64,000 nucleotides of DNA from Thermofilaceae archaeon (GCA_038861545.1 JAWCCZ010000001.1:96001-160000); one strand, 5' to 3'. Shown: positions 10,845 to 20,810, counted from the first letter of the stretch. Translations and numbers: made by a program. The notes: a model not told the origin generated them from the sequence alone.

Positions 10845-12209
10845 TTGACATTTCCCTATCCCGCTGAAGAAGTAATCCTAAGGGCTAAACCCAAGGTCAC
10901 AACAGCACTTGTCCTAACAAATGTCGCAGTATATGCTTTAACAAGCTTAGATTACTCATTTTTACAAGTATCAGATCAATGGCTGTGGTGGGGGGCTTTT
11001 ATACCAGCGTACCTCAGCAACTGGCGTCAAGCATATAGGATACTTACATCAATGTTCCTGCACGCTAACATTGCCCATATTTTCTTTAATATGCTTTTTC
11101 TCTACAACTTCGGTAGACAGGTCGAAGCGACTTTAGGAGGTAAACGCTACTTGCTTTTATACTTTGGATCCGGTTTAGCAGCTGAGGTTTTTCACACAGC
11201 TTTCATTCCCATTGAGGGACCACTCTCAGCTGTCACACCGGCGATTGGTGCTTCAGGAGCTATTAGCGGTGTGCTAGGTGCATATTTGCTGCTTTTTCCA
11301 GGTAGTAGGCTTTCAATGTGTTTTTTCTATCTTCTTTTCCCAATTTGCATCACAACTAACGCTGCTGCTTACTTAATCTTTTGGTTCGCGATGCAGGTGT
11401 TGCAGGGTTACGCTGGAGCGAGCGCAGGCGTAGCTGTTTTCGCTCATGCGGGAGGTTTCCTGGGTGGCATTGCAATGCTACCCTATGTTATCGATAGACA
11501 CAGGCATAGGTTGCTGAGATCGCTCACTGCTTCGCGTAGAGCCTTAAAGTACCTTTTTCTTGGTCATGCAGGATTGAGTTTGCTAAGTAAATTCATTCTC
11601 ATTATCTTGATAGCAGCTACTGCTGCTGGAGGAGTATATTCTGCATTTTCTTCTCATGTGCTAGAAGTACCCATTAAGGTGCTACTTTTCAAGGTAGAGT
11701 ATAGGACATGCGAGTTAGGCGGTGTTTCCTGTGTAGATGGGTATGACGAAGACATCGTAATACTTAAGGTGGACGGCGAGCCTCAACCTGCAACGCAGAT
11801 AACTACCAGCAGCGTAAGAATCCTATACAATAGGCTTAATGCTATCGGCGCTCTATATGATAGATTTTACGCTGGAACAAGTAAGGCTATAGAGTGGAGT
11901 GGGGCAAGAAGGATAATGGGCGTAAATGTTGCGATAGACGTTAAGATGAATGTGATTTACGATGAAAATGGTATTATTGAGCAAAGTAAGGGCACTTTAC
12001 AGACGGATGTGCTAACGTGCACAGCCAGTACATGTACAATGGGGGGAACAGGAACATATACTTTCGATATAAATTCTCTTTATAGCCGTAGAAGGTTAGA
12101 GGCTCTCTCTTCAATAGTAACATTACTCTCCATAGTGTCATTACTCGCATGCATCGTTTCAATCGATAACGTTGTAAGGAAATCTCACGAGCTTGAAATA
12201 GTGGCATGA
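10845..12209 (+). CDS. Rhomboid intramembrane serine protease with long C-terminal extension
   Basis: SMFLHANIAHIFFNM, GASGAISG (catalytic Ser), AHAGGF (catalytic His). Confidence 0.9.
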   Translation: MTFPYPAEEVILRAKPKVTTALVLTNVAVYALTSLDYSFLQVSDQWLWWGAFIPAYLSNWRQAYRILTSMFLHANIAHIFFNMLFLYNFGRQVEATLGGKRYLLLYFGSGLAAEVFHTAFIPIEGPLSAVTPAIGASGAISGVLGAYLLLFPGSRLSMCFFYLLFPICITTNAAAYLIFWFAMQVLQGYAGASAGVAVFAHAGGFLGGIAMLPYVIDRHRHRLLRSLTASRRALKYLFLGHAGLSLLSKFILIILIAATAAGGVYSAFSSHVLEVPIKVLLFKVEYRTCELGGVSCVDGYDEDIVILKVDGEPQPATQITTSSVRILYNRLNAIGALYDRFYAGTSKAIEWSGARRIMGVNVAIDVKMNVIYDENGIIEQSKGTLQTDVLTCTASTCTMGGTGTYTFDINSLYSRRRLEALSSIVTLLSIVSLLACIVSIDNVVRKSHELEIVA

Positions 12210-13363
12210 AGTATATGAAAAGCGAGGCTAGGAAAGTCTTTTCACTTTTCATTGTCTCTTCATCGCTAGCTTCCTTATCCCATTCACTATGGTATACACT
12301 TTTCCCATTGTATCTAGAGCGTCGGGGTTTTCAGCTGTGGGAGATAGGTTTCGCTTCAAGCCTTGCTACAACTCTTTCCTTTATACTAGCGTTGCCTGCA
12401 GGGTTTATAGCTGACATAGCGTCTCTCCGGTCTTCACTTGTTTTAGCTGCTATAGCTCAGACTATAACACTTCACCTGCTTAAGGATGCCTCTACATCGC
12501 TGTTGGTAGTTTCTATAGCGGCCTACACGTTTTTCGCTACTCTTCGGGGGCAAGTCTCGTTGCGTCTTCTTTCGATGCTTGGCTCCCGAGGGTGGGCTCT
12601 CAAATATTCGGCTTTCCTCTTTTTCTCAAGCCTGGCTAGCGTAATAGGGCCTTACTTCTCAGGTTTAATCGTTCAGCAAACCGGTTTCGACGAACTTTTC
12701 ACGATCAGCGAAACTGTGCTGCTAGCATCGACGCCTATTGCTGCAATGGTGAACTTTCATGAATCGAGACAAGAGCGCACTTCAAGGCTGAAGGTAGTTT
12801 GGCGTACAGCACACAGTCAAGAGTTGCTGTTACTAACATTTTCATTAGCACTTCATGATTTTTCGGTTTTCGGTGTGATGTCCTACACAACGCTTTTCCA
12901 ACTCAACGTGCTGAAGCTTACACCGTACGAGATAGGTTCTCTCGCATCGCTGGGTTCCGCAGTCTCTCTTGCATCACAGCTTCTCGCAGGGTATTTCACT
13001 GATAGGATCGGCGCGAAAGCTGCACTTGCTTTCCATTATGTAGGTGTTTCAGCAGGTTACGCGCTAATGGGATTAAGCCGGGATTTCAAAAGTTTAGCCA
13101 CAGCTGTTATCGTGCAGAACATAGCTTTTCCGTTTGACATGCCGGCTCGAAGAAAAATTTTAACTTTCTTAGCACATAATAGTGTAGTAGCCACAGTAAA
13201 TGGTTTCTCAGATGTAGTCGTAGGAGCAGTGACGCTTCCTTCTCCTCTCTTAGGAAGCTATCTGTGGAACATCACGGGTCCCCGTACCATGCTAATATGT
13301 AGCGCTGTTCTCAACTTAACAGCATTAGCACCTTTAGCCATGCTTAGAGAGAGGCAAGGGTAA
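12206..13363 (+). CDS. MFS transporter
   Basis: About 12 hydrophobic segments; motif-A-like GFIADIAS and GYFTDRIG. Confidence 0.85.
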   Translation: MKYMKSEARKVFSLFIVSSSLASLSHSLWYTLFPLYLERRGFQLWEIGFASSLATTLSFILALPAGFIADIASLRSSLVLAAIAQTITLHLLKDASTSLLVVSIAAYTFFATLRGQVSLRLLSMLGSRGWALKYSAFLFFSSLASVIGPYFSGLIVQQTGFDELFTISETVLLASTPIAAMVNFHESRQERTSRLKVVWRTAHSQELLLLTFSLALHDFSVFGVMSYTTLFQLNVLKLTPYEIGSLASLGSAVSLASQLLAGYFTDRIGAKAALAFHYVGVSAGYALMGLSRDFKSLATAVIVQNIAFPFDMPARRKILTFLAHNSVVATVNGFSDVVVGAVTLPSPLLGSYLWNITGPRTMLICSAVLNLTALAPLAMLRERQG

Positions 13364-14120
13364 GCTGAAAGTTACTCAAATCAAGATGTAGAATTGCATT
13401 GTTCTTTATGGGCTCTAAGTCGCACTGAGGTGTCTCTTCGGCTAACTTCGCGACGCTACTCGATACGGCTAGGAAGAAATTATTATCGCTCGCATAGTAG
13501 AGTTCTCCATACTCGAGGAGGGAGGGATCAACCACGTGACGCACAACGATCATGTTACAGCTAACCTGACTATGCGGCTTTACGAGAAGTGCGAGAGTGT
13601 TAGCCATTCTGATAGCATTAGCTGCTTCAAGCTCATTGTGCAGCGATGCCACCGCTTTAACTAAGTCGTAGCTTTCTTCAAGCCTTTTCGCGAGAGCTAG
13701 GGCATAGGCATAGCTATCGACTACACCTTCAAGTTTCCTACTCAGCATACACTCTAGAACGTCCATTGCGATCCTACCATTCTGCGCAACGAACAAAATA
13801 CCGTTGTTGCTTAAGTTGATCGGGTAAGGGTGCGCGGCCGCGGTACCGAGAGGCATATCCTTGCTAGCTTTCCTGACATGGAAAATTGCCGCTAAAGGGG
13901 GAGTAAGCTGCTCTACAAGAGTTTTGGTAGATTGATCACACCAAATTTTTTCAGCGGTTTTGTAAAACAGAACGCTGCTACCAGATACCGCTGCAAGACC
14001 CCAGCCATCGCTATGAGAGTATTTCGCTAGATGGTCGTACTTAGCAGTTTGCATTAAATATTCTAACCAAGGGTTAATGAATGTTCTCTTTAGAGATGCA
14101 ACTGCTAGTAATCGACACAT
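13344..14120 (-). CDS. Class II (Ntn) glutamine amidotransferase, YafJ/EgtC-like
   Basis: N-terminal MCRLL, H.DGWG, HVRKAS, HPY, QNG, VDS. Confidence 0.85.
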   Translation of the reverse strand: MCRLLAVASLKRTFINPWLEYLMQTAKYDHLAKYSHSDGWGLAAVSGSSVLFYKTAEKIWCDQSTKTLVEQLTPPLAAIFHVRKASKDMPLGTAAAHPYPINLSNNGILFVAQNGRIAMDVLECMLSRKLEGVVDSYAYALALAKRLEESYDLVKAVASLHNELEAANAIRMANTLALLVKPHSQVSCNMIVVRHVVDPSLLEYGELYYASDNNFFLAVSSSVAKLAEETPQCDLEPIKNNAILHLDLSNFQLTLASL

Positions 14121-14134
14121 AACCTTACACGCTT

Positions 14135-14695
14135 TTATGCGACGGCTAATTGTTCTTCAAATATTTTTTGAAAAATACCATATGCCTGTTCCCCATAAAG
14201 GCAAACAATTACTTTATTTAGGTTCTCAGCTTTCCAAGCGAAGTTTTTAATGACTTCTGCCATAATCGTCGCGCATCTCTCCAGCGGGTAACCGTAAACA
14301 CCTGTTGAGATCGCAGGAATAGCAATGCTCTTGATTTTCAGTTTCTCAGCTTTCTCTAGGCTTGAACGGATTACTGAAGCCAGTTTTTCATCCCCTTTTT
14401 CTTCACCGTAATAGGGTCCAACAGCATGAATCACATATTTTGCTTTTAACTTGCCAGCGCCAGTTACAGCAACTTCTCCGACTGGTACCGGTCCATACTT
14501 TCTCACATATTGGTCACTTTCATCCTGTATTTCCCAACCACCTTTTCTTACAATTGCTGCAGCAACTCCTCCACCATGCTTTAGATACGAGTTGGCAGCG
14601 TTAACAATCGCATCAGCCTCGATCTCGGCGATATCTCCTTCAACTAGCTCAACGGTGAGCCGGCCACACTTGAAGATTTTACCAAAAGTTACCAT
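14135..14695 (-). CDS. Macro domain ADP-ribose-binding/hydrolase protein
   Basis: GDI, DAIVNAAN.YLKHGGGVAAAI, VIHAVGP, PAISTGVYGYP. Confidence 0.95.
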   Translation of the reverse strand: MVTFGKIFKCGRLTVELVEGDIAEIEADAIVNAANSYLKHGGGVAAAIVRKGGWEIQDESDQYVRKYGPVPVGEVAVTGAGKLKAKYVIHAVGPYYGEEKGDEKLASVIRSSLEKAEKLKIKSIAIPAISTGVYGYPLERCATIMAEVIKNFAWKAENLNKVIVCLYGEQAYGIFQKIFEEQLAVA

Positions 14696-14792
14696 ACGAG
14701 TAGCTAGTCCAATACTAGGTTTAAAACTATTTTAAGTTATGTTGACACTTAGCCGCGAAAAAGGCTTATCTTTTTAAGATTAAGGGGGTACT

Positions 14793-15935
14793 ATGCTTGA
14801 GAAGCTCGCTGAGCTTACCCTGCTTCAAAGAATACATGAGCCTTCTATCACGGTCGTAATTCCATCATATAGAGGTGGGTCAAACCTAATTAAATTAGTT
14901 AAGAGCTTGCTTGAGAGTAATTATAAGCAAGTAGAAGTTGTGGTAGTAGTAGATGAGCCCTCCGGTGAGCTTCTTGAAGAGTTGTCTACATTACGAGGCT
15001 GTAAAATTATTGCTAGAGGATGGAGGCTAGGGAAGGTTAGCGCGCTTAATACTGCTTTAAAACTTTCTCAGGGTGAGCTAGTTGTATTCCTCGATGATGA
15101 TGTTGCAGTTGAGGATCCAGAGTTTCTTCGGAAAATCTCTGAAGCCATGAAAGGTTATGAAGTTGGCGATATCAAGAAAGTTGTGACTGGTCAAGGTTTA
15201 TTATCAAAGCTTATCCACGTGGAGTATATTGCTTATAATTTTTCCAGTAAACTTATGGCTAAGCTTGCTGGAAGGTCAATAGCGATTAACGGGGCCGCGT
15301 TCGTGATGAGGAGAAAAGCTATAGAGGAATTGGGAGGTTTTCTCCCAGTAGTCTCCGAGGACTTTGACATTATGCTTCGGTCTTTCCGCGCTGGTCATAG
15401 GTTTACTTACATTGATTCAACTTATGTGCTCAATTACACACCCACTAGCTGGAGCAAATGGCTGAAACAGAGGAAACGTTGGGCAGTTGGCGTAGCTATC
15501 TTCATGAAGGATTACTTCAAAGAGCTGTGCAGGGCTTTCACTAAGATGCCGCAGGCGCTTATCCCAGGGCTTCTTTTCTCGCTTCCTTCGCTAATAACTT
15601 CAATGCTGGTGGTATTTCTTCGAAACCAGCTTTACGGTAAAGCTGTGTATGTTGTTCTTCTATCATTATCCTCATTACTGGAGAGGCTTATTCCTGCAGC
15701 CGCTGTGATAACTGTAGGTCTCCACTTCATGTACGTGGTGCCAGTGCTACTTACGGCTACATTGCTAGCTAGTCTCCATTACACTGCTGCAAGGATCATT
15801 AAGATGAAATCCTACACCTACCTGTACCCGATCTACTTACTCGTGTACCAGCCGGTTTGGTTTACTATCCTTATGGCGGGATTTTTGAGGGTTTTTCTTC
15901 TTAAAAAATCAGATGTGGACGATTGGGTTGTTTGA
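14793..15935 (+). CDS. GT2 glycosyltransferase, membrane-bound
   Basis: VVIPSY, GKVSALN, FLDDD, SEDFD, QRKRW, C-terminal TM helices. Confidence 0.9.
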   Translation: MLEKLAELTLLQRIHEPSITVVIPSYRGGSNLIKLVKSLLESNYKQVEVVVVVDEPSGELLEELSTLRGCKIIARGWRLGKVSALNTALKLSQGELVVFLDDDVAVEDPEFLRKISEAMKGYEVGDIKKVVTGQGLLSKLIHVEYIAYNFSSKLMAKLAGRSIAINGAAFVMRRKAIEELGGFLPVVSEDFDIMLRSFRAGHRFTYIDSTYVLNYTPTSWSKWLKQRKRWAVGVAIFMKDYFKELCRAFTKMPQALIPGLLFSLPSLITSMLVVFLRNQLYGKAVYVVLLSLSSLLERLIPAAAVITVGLHFMYVVPVLLTATLLASLHYTAARIIKMKSYTYLYPIYLLVYQPVWFTILMAGFLRVFLLKKSDVDDWVV

Positions 15936-15978
15936 GAGAGTTTTAGCTTAACCGAGAGAAATAAGTAATGTCTATGGG

Positions 15979-16944
15979 TTAAACTTTAACTGGATTTAAC
16001 CAGGCTACACTATCAGTGTCACCGATCAACTCTAGCCTTAGAAAATTCTTTACTGGTAATGCTCCTTTAATCTCCAATTCTGTGAAACGACCATTTTCGA
16101 GTTTTCCCTCAACCCTTAGTTCCTCAAACATTATTCGGAAACCATCCTCCCATAGCTCTGCTTCAACCTGTTTTTCCCCGCTAGAAACAAGCTGCTTCAG
16201 CATTTTCACGCTCAAGTAAGCACCCCTAGTGTTACCGGAGAGCATCTTCACGGCTAGAGCACCATCCATCTTCACTCTAGCTAGATTTTCGCTAAACTCA
16301 AAGCTTTTTACTATAACGCCACTGGACGCGTAGAACTTACCTTTCATCAAGGCTTTGAGTATGCTGTCCGGATCCAGGTTATCAGCGTCTATTTTAACCC
16401 AGCCGCCAAGCGCATCCACAGTGTAACGGTGAACATCATCGACCGCCAACCCGTAACTGAATACGCCATTTGAGAGAGCGTAATCCCAGTGCGATCCACT
16501 ATAGCCTCGTGATATCTCGACCTCGCAACCATGGTTGTAAACCTCGATACCATGGTAACCCTTAACAGTTATAAGGTCATTACCACTCAGCATCGACCAA
16601 TATGGGTGGGCTATGAACGCAAAGCAATCGTTTTCGCGGCTCCAATCTAAGAGGTCTGTAATGCTCCGTCGAGCCTCCTGTGGAGGTGGTTCACTTAAAC
16701 CTAGTATAACTACATGGTACCGAGAGGCCGTTTTCTCGGATCCAACATCGACTTCGATGCCTGTAATTGTAACAACCTTTGAATGCGGCACTGAAGTTAC
16801 TTTGTTATGGTCGGTTATTGAGACAATCTGGTAACCAGCTGAGCCGTAGAACTCGACAACGCGTTCAGGATCAAGCCTACCGTCCGACTTAGTTGTGTGT
16901 GTATGAAGAGATGCTTTAACCCACGTGGTCTGGGGGAGTTTCAC
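15979..16944 (-). CDS. PHP-domain metallohydrolase (CehA/McbA-like)
   Basis: LHTHTTKSDG, ITDHN, GIE, IAHP, GIEVYN, DDVH; likely start GTG 16944. Confidence 0.85.
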   Translation of the reverse strand: MKLPQTTWVKASLHTHTTKSDGRLDPERVVEFYGSAGYQIVSITDHNKVTSVPHSKVVTITGIEVDVGSEKTASRYHVVILGLSEPPPQEARRSITDLLDWSRENDCFAFIAHPYWSMLSGNDLITVKGYHGIEVYNHGCEVEISRGYSGSHWDYALSNGVFSYGLAVDDVHRYTVDALGGWVKIDADNLDPDSILKALMKGKFYASSGVIVKSFEFSENLARVKMDGALAVKMLSGNTRGAYLSVKMLKQLVSSGEKQVEAELWEDGFRIMFEELRVEGKLENGRFTELEIKGALPVKNFLRLELIGDTDSVAWLNPVKV

Positions 16945-17025
16945 ACAACTTTCGCGGGAGGGTGGAATATCAATGTAGCGCGTGACGCGAAACGCTTTAC
17001 AAGAAGCTTTTGTAAAGCTTTTCAT

Positions 17026-17586
17026 ATGAATCGGCAAGAAGCGTTAAGATTCCTGACAGGTTATCTTAAGGACGAAAGAATGGTTAAACATTGTATAGCC
17101 GTAGGTGCTATTATGCGGGACGTAGCGAGAAAGCTTAAGGAGGATGAAAACCTTTGGGAGCTTACAGGCTTGCTCCATGACATAGATTACGATGTTACAA
17201 ACCGCGATATGACTCAGCACGGACTAGATGCAATTCACATTTTGAAGGGCTTACTTCCCGAGGTTGCGATAGATGCTATAGCTTCTCACAACGAGCATAA
17301 TGGGCACACACCTGGTAGCCCAGAGGCGGAGAGGCTAACTCATGCGCTGAGGTCATCCGATCACGCGAGCGGGCTCATAATAGCTACCGCTTTAGTCATG
17401 CCTAATAAGAGGCTGGCGGAGGTAAAGCTTGACTCGCTCATGAAGAAGTTCAAGCAGAAGGATTTCGCGAGGGGGGTAGACAGAAGTCGATTAAGGGAAT
17501 GTGAGCTGCTAGGATTAAGCTTGGAGGAATTCCTAGCTATTTCTCTAGAATCAATGAAAAAAGTAGCCGGAGAACTTGGACTCTAA
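17026..17586 (+). CDS. HD (HDIG) domain metal-dependent phosphohydrolase
   Basis: KHCIAV, GLLHDIDY, HG, IASHN, KKFKQKDFARGVDR; start ATG 17026. Confidence 0.9.
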   Translation: MNRQEALRFLTGYLKDERMVKHCIAVGAIMRDVARKLKEDENLWELTGLLHDIDYDVTNRDMTQHGLDAIHILKGLLPEVAIDAIASHNEHNGHTPGSPEAERLTHALRSSDHASGLIIATALVMPNKRLAEVKLDSLMKKFKQKDFARGVDRSRLRECELLGLSLEEFLAISLESMKKVAGELGL

Positions 17587-18609
17587 CTAAGTTATAAACG
17601 CTTCCGCTAACGTAATAGATCCAGAGGATTTCGGTTCAAAGCATAACCTGATGAAAGGGGATCCAACTTCGAGTGTCCAATAAATCGCTTTATTTGCCTG
17701 TACTTCAAACGAGTCGATGTTTCCCCATTCTCCCTTAAGCGTATACGCCTCGGCGCTTAGCCTTCCACAGGCGTCTGCCTTGAAGGCCAGCGTCACCCTA
17801 GAGCCGGCACACGGGATCGGGTGTGATGCAACGCTATCCTCGATCACTCCCTCCAGTGTTTTCTCGGATGCGTATCGGTAAAGCTTCATCGCTATAGATG
17901 GCCGAGGATCCCCTTCGAGCACGCGAATCTGCCAGGGATGAAGGTCGTCCCAAGCCCACTCTCGATCAATGGGCCCTCCATCGATGTCGAGGAGAATACC
18001 CATCGACTGGACCGGACGCATTGGGGTTATCCCACAGGAGTAAGGGGGGCCTTCATGCACTAGTACACCTTCGCCGGAGTCCATCAGAGCGCTAACCCCT
18101 CGAAGCTTATCGTCAATGAACCAGAGTGCGAGCGTGCTGTGCACTTTCACCGTATAAATATGCCTTCGCACGTGGTAATCTTCAGGTAAACAGGGGAGTT
18201 CAAAACTGAGAGGCGCGGGCCAGGCACCAGCGAACGATCTCAGTTTACCTTTATGGTATAGGAAGTGGACTACCCCGCCTCCAAACAAATCTTCAGCCTC
18301 AAACCCGAACCAAAGCATCGGGCTATCCTCTTTCCACGGAGGTAGCCTAGCTGATAGCTGAAATACCCCGTACTTAAACACTGAACGGGAGCGAAGTGAT
18401 AGGGTGGTTAAACCGGGAGGTCTAACAAGACTTGCATGTTCAAACTCCGTGTAAGTTCTCTCTTCCCATGATACTTTCCAGTATTTCCTTGGATCGTCAG
18501 GTCTAAACCGTTCACGCCCGTTCGCTAGGCTTTCTCTAACCCAACAGTAAAACAACTTACTCGAATCTTCCTCTAACGCGTACCCGAAGCGGATTGGTAA
18601 TTTTTCCAC
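17587..18609 (-). CDS. Hypothetical protein with a probable concanavalin-A/GH16-like jelly-roll
   Basis: FKYGVFQLSARLP and HIYTVKVHSTLALWFIDDK resemble GH16 strands; no ExDxxE motif. Confidence 0.45.
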   Translation of the reverse strand: MEKLPIRFGYALEEDSSKLFYCWVRESLANGRERFRPDDPRKYWKVSWEERTYTEFEHASLVRPPGLTTLSLRSRSVFKYGVFQLSARLPPWKEDSPMLWFGFEAEDLFGGGVVHFLYHKGKLRSFAGAWPAPLSFELPCLPEDYHVRRHIYTVKVHSTLALWFIDDKLRGVSALMDSGEGVLVHEGPPYSCGITPMRPVQSMGILLDIDGGPIDREWAWDDLHPWQIRVLEGDPRPSIAMKLYRYASEKTLEGVIEDSVASHPIPCAGSRVTLAFKADACGRLSAEAYTLKGEWGNIDSFEVQANKAIYWTLEVGSPFIRLCFEPKSSGSITLAEAFIT

Positions 18610-18630
18610 AGCGGATTTACCAAAAGCTTG

Positions 18631-19797
18631 CTATTCTATTTTGCGCACTAACTGAGGCCACGGTGGACTTCTGGATTTAATCAACCTATCCAGAAGTTTA
18701 TCGTATTCGATGGGGTTTAGGGGGATGCGAACTGGCTTATGCTCAACCGCTGACATTATGATCGCGTTTACAAGTTCTACGGATTTCAACCCCTCTTCAC
18801 CGGGCACCTCCGGCTCACGCCCCTCTATAAGCGCTCGAGCGAAATCCCTGTACACGGCTTCATGGCCCATGAAAGATTCCTCTGCCTTTATTTCCTCGAT
18901 TGAGAAGACGAGCTTCGGTGCGCCGGGCTTTATAGATGCGTAGATAGCCTTTCTGATTGGCGGCTCGTTCCTATATGCATACACGCTCTGCAGGTTCATT
19001 AACCCTAGCTCACCAGGCTTAGGACTTGTTTCTACTAATAGCATACCTCTATCTCCTCTTATTTCCACGTTGAACATGTCTGGGTAATCCAGCGTGGAGA
19101 GCTGAAGCATTGCTTGGCACTCGTTCTCGTAAACCGCTACCGCGCTTATTAAATCTTCAACTTCAATGTCGTGTCCTACCGTACCCCCGTACGCAAAGAC
19201 TTCAAAAGGCATTCTACCCATTAGCCAGATAAAAATATCGATAAAGTGCACGCCTTGGTTTATCAGTACACCTCCCCCTTCGCTTACCCACTTTCCCCTC
19301 CATTGAGCGCTATAGAAGTAAGCCATATCCCTGTAAGTTACGTATCTCATATACCCCCTGTACAACTCGCCCAATGCTCCTGAAGCTATTAGGCTCTTAG
19401 CGCGTCGGAGCCTAGGCTCGAACCTGTACTGAAATACAACACCGAGCTTAACCCCTCGTTTTCGCGCTTCAGTAATCATGCTGAGGCACTGGCTTACTGT
19501 GGCGGCCATAGGCTTTTCAGTTAAAACATGGATCCCCCGTTTCAGTGCCTCGATAGCGACCTCATAGTGGGTTGGATGAGGGGTACAGATGGATATCACG
19601 TCGAGTTCCTCCCTGTCTAGTAACTCCTCGAAGCTTCTATAGGCACGCACACCGTAAAGGGAAGCGAGCTCCCTAGCTTTTTCCTCTACGGCATCTGCCA
19701 CGGCCACAAGCTGATACTCCCCCAGCTTACTAGCCACTTCTGCATGGTGCCGGCCAATGACTCCGGCTCCTATGATTCCCAGTTTGATTTTCTCCAT
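18631..19797 (-). CDS. Gfo/Idh/MocA oxidoreductase
   Basis: GIIGAGVIG, CTPHPTH, HVLTEKP, GGGVLINQGVHFID. Confidence 0.92.
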   Translation of the reverse strand: MEKIKLGIIGAGVIGRHHAEVASKLGEYQLVAVADAVEEKARELASLYGVRAYRSFEELLDREELDVISICTPHPTHYEVAIEALKRGIHVLTEKPMAATVSQCLSMITEARKRGVKLGVVFQYRFEPRLRRAKSLIASGALGELYRGYMRYVTYRDMAYFYSAQWRGKWVSEGGGVLINQGVHFIDIFIWLMGRMPFEVFAYGGTVGHDIEVEDLISAVAVYENECQAMLQLSTLDYPDMFNVEIRGDRGMLLVETSPKPGELGLMNLQSVYAYRNEPPIRKAIYASIKPGAPKLVFSIEEIKAEESFMGHEAVYRDFARALIEGREPEVPGEEGLKSVELVNAIIMSAVEHKPVRIPLNPIEYDKLLDRLIKSRSPPWPQLVRKIE

Positions 19798-19849
19798 TGT
19801 CTCGGTTTATTGCTTAGCTCGTTAAAATGGTTTAAGGCGCATGCTTGCA

Positions 19850-20139
19850 GAATACCATGTAAGCTGGTGGGAGACCTTGGGAGTGCTAACAAGTTCTTAA
19901 AGAGCGCGTTAAGCCAGCCTGAGTAGCTAAAGGAAGCGGGCGGAAAGCCCTTAAGCTTGGCGATTTTCTATGTAGAAGATTACTACCAAAGCTATGTAAG
20001 TCTTTTCCCCGCCTAGGCTGGTTACGGCTATCCAAAACTGTAACCATTTCTTTGCGAGTAAAGCTAGAAGAGGTGAAAAGCTAACATAATAGTTAAAACA
20101 GCCGAAAGCCTCTGACACATTGAGCAGGGAGAATAGCAC
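19850..20139 (-). pseudogene. PAP2-family phosphatase N-terminal remnant
   Basis: VTSLGGEKTYIALVVIFY, then after a frameshift SGWLNALFKNLLALPRS (K-x6-RP-like); rest of gene absent. Confidence 0.5.
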
Positions 20140-20149
20140 ACGCTATGAT

Positions 20150-20320
20150 GCTGGCTTCCCAATTAGGTAGGGCCAACGGCCTTTTGAACCACCGTCCTCG
20201 GGGTGGCTCCCTTGGGTTGCCTTTGAGTTATGAGCCCCGCGGGATACCTGGCTTCCCCACCCCGCTGCTCCGTGGTAGCGGGGGGTGGATTTCCCGGCCG
20301 CGGCCCTGTGAGGCATACCA
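20150..20320 (-). ncRNA. Candidate structured non-coding RNA of unknown class
   Basis: GC-rich island with nested helices and G-U pairs favouring the minus strand; BRE-TATA GAAAAGG-TTATAT at about 20337-20349. Confidence 0.45.
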
Positions 20321-20459
20321 GTTTTTCTTAGAGGAAATATAACCTTTTCTCAGCCAGTGCTACTTAAGTGAATTTAGGGTAATCTTTCGCGTTATTTTGG
20401 ACTTTACTTATACCCATGACACATAAATACGGATGCTTAATACCATGGACAAGTTCAGC

Positions 20460-20666
20460 TTATGCGTTGCTGCCTAGTTGTCTAACAAGCCATTCCATGT
20501 AAACATCGAATACGTTGGCTAGGTATACTAAATCATTCTGCTCTAATTTTCTCATTATTCTCTTAATATTTCTTTCTTCAATTTTAGAAAATTTTGGATT
20601 TTTTCTTAAAACTTTAAGCATTGATTCTATTAACTCGTCTTTAACCCTAACATCTTCCTGTGCCAC
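20460..20666 (-). CDS. Small hypothetical protein
   Basis: 68-aa charged helical ORF with GTG start and an AT-rich TATA-like element upstream. Confidence 0.6.
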   Translation of the reverse strand: MAQEDVRVKDELIESMLKVLRKNPKFSKIEERNIKRIMRKLEQNDLVYLANVFDVYMEWLVRQLGSNA

Positions 20667-20810
20667 GGTAGCTTTTTGACTAGTTTTTAATTAAGGTATT
20701 TTCTTCAATGTTTTCCTGCTTTGGCATGTGCGCCACGCGCTGAGCTGCTCTCACTAAAGCTGCTGATCTAACCCGCTACATATTTCTAGTGGCGCTATCT
20801 TCCAATTCTT

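Noticed and set aside
20150-20320. Identity as RNase P, SRP, 5S rRNA or cobalamin riboswitch
   Set aside because: Only fragmentary resemblance (GGGAAAUCCACC, GCGGCCGGG, GGGAAGCCAG). It lacks the RNase P ACAGAA element, SRP helix 8, the 5S CGAAC loop and the riboswitch GCCACUG box.
20145-20342. 65-aa plus-strand ORF
   Set aside because: Pro/Gly/Arg-rich by-product of the GC island; the promoter points the other way.
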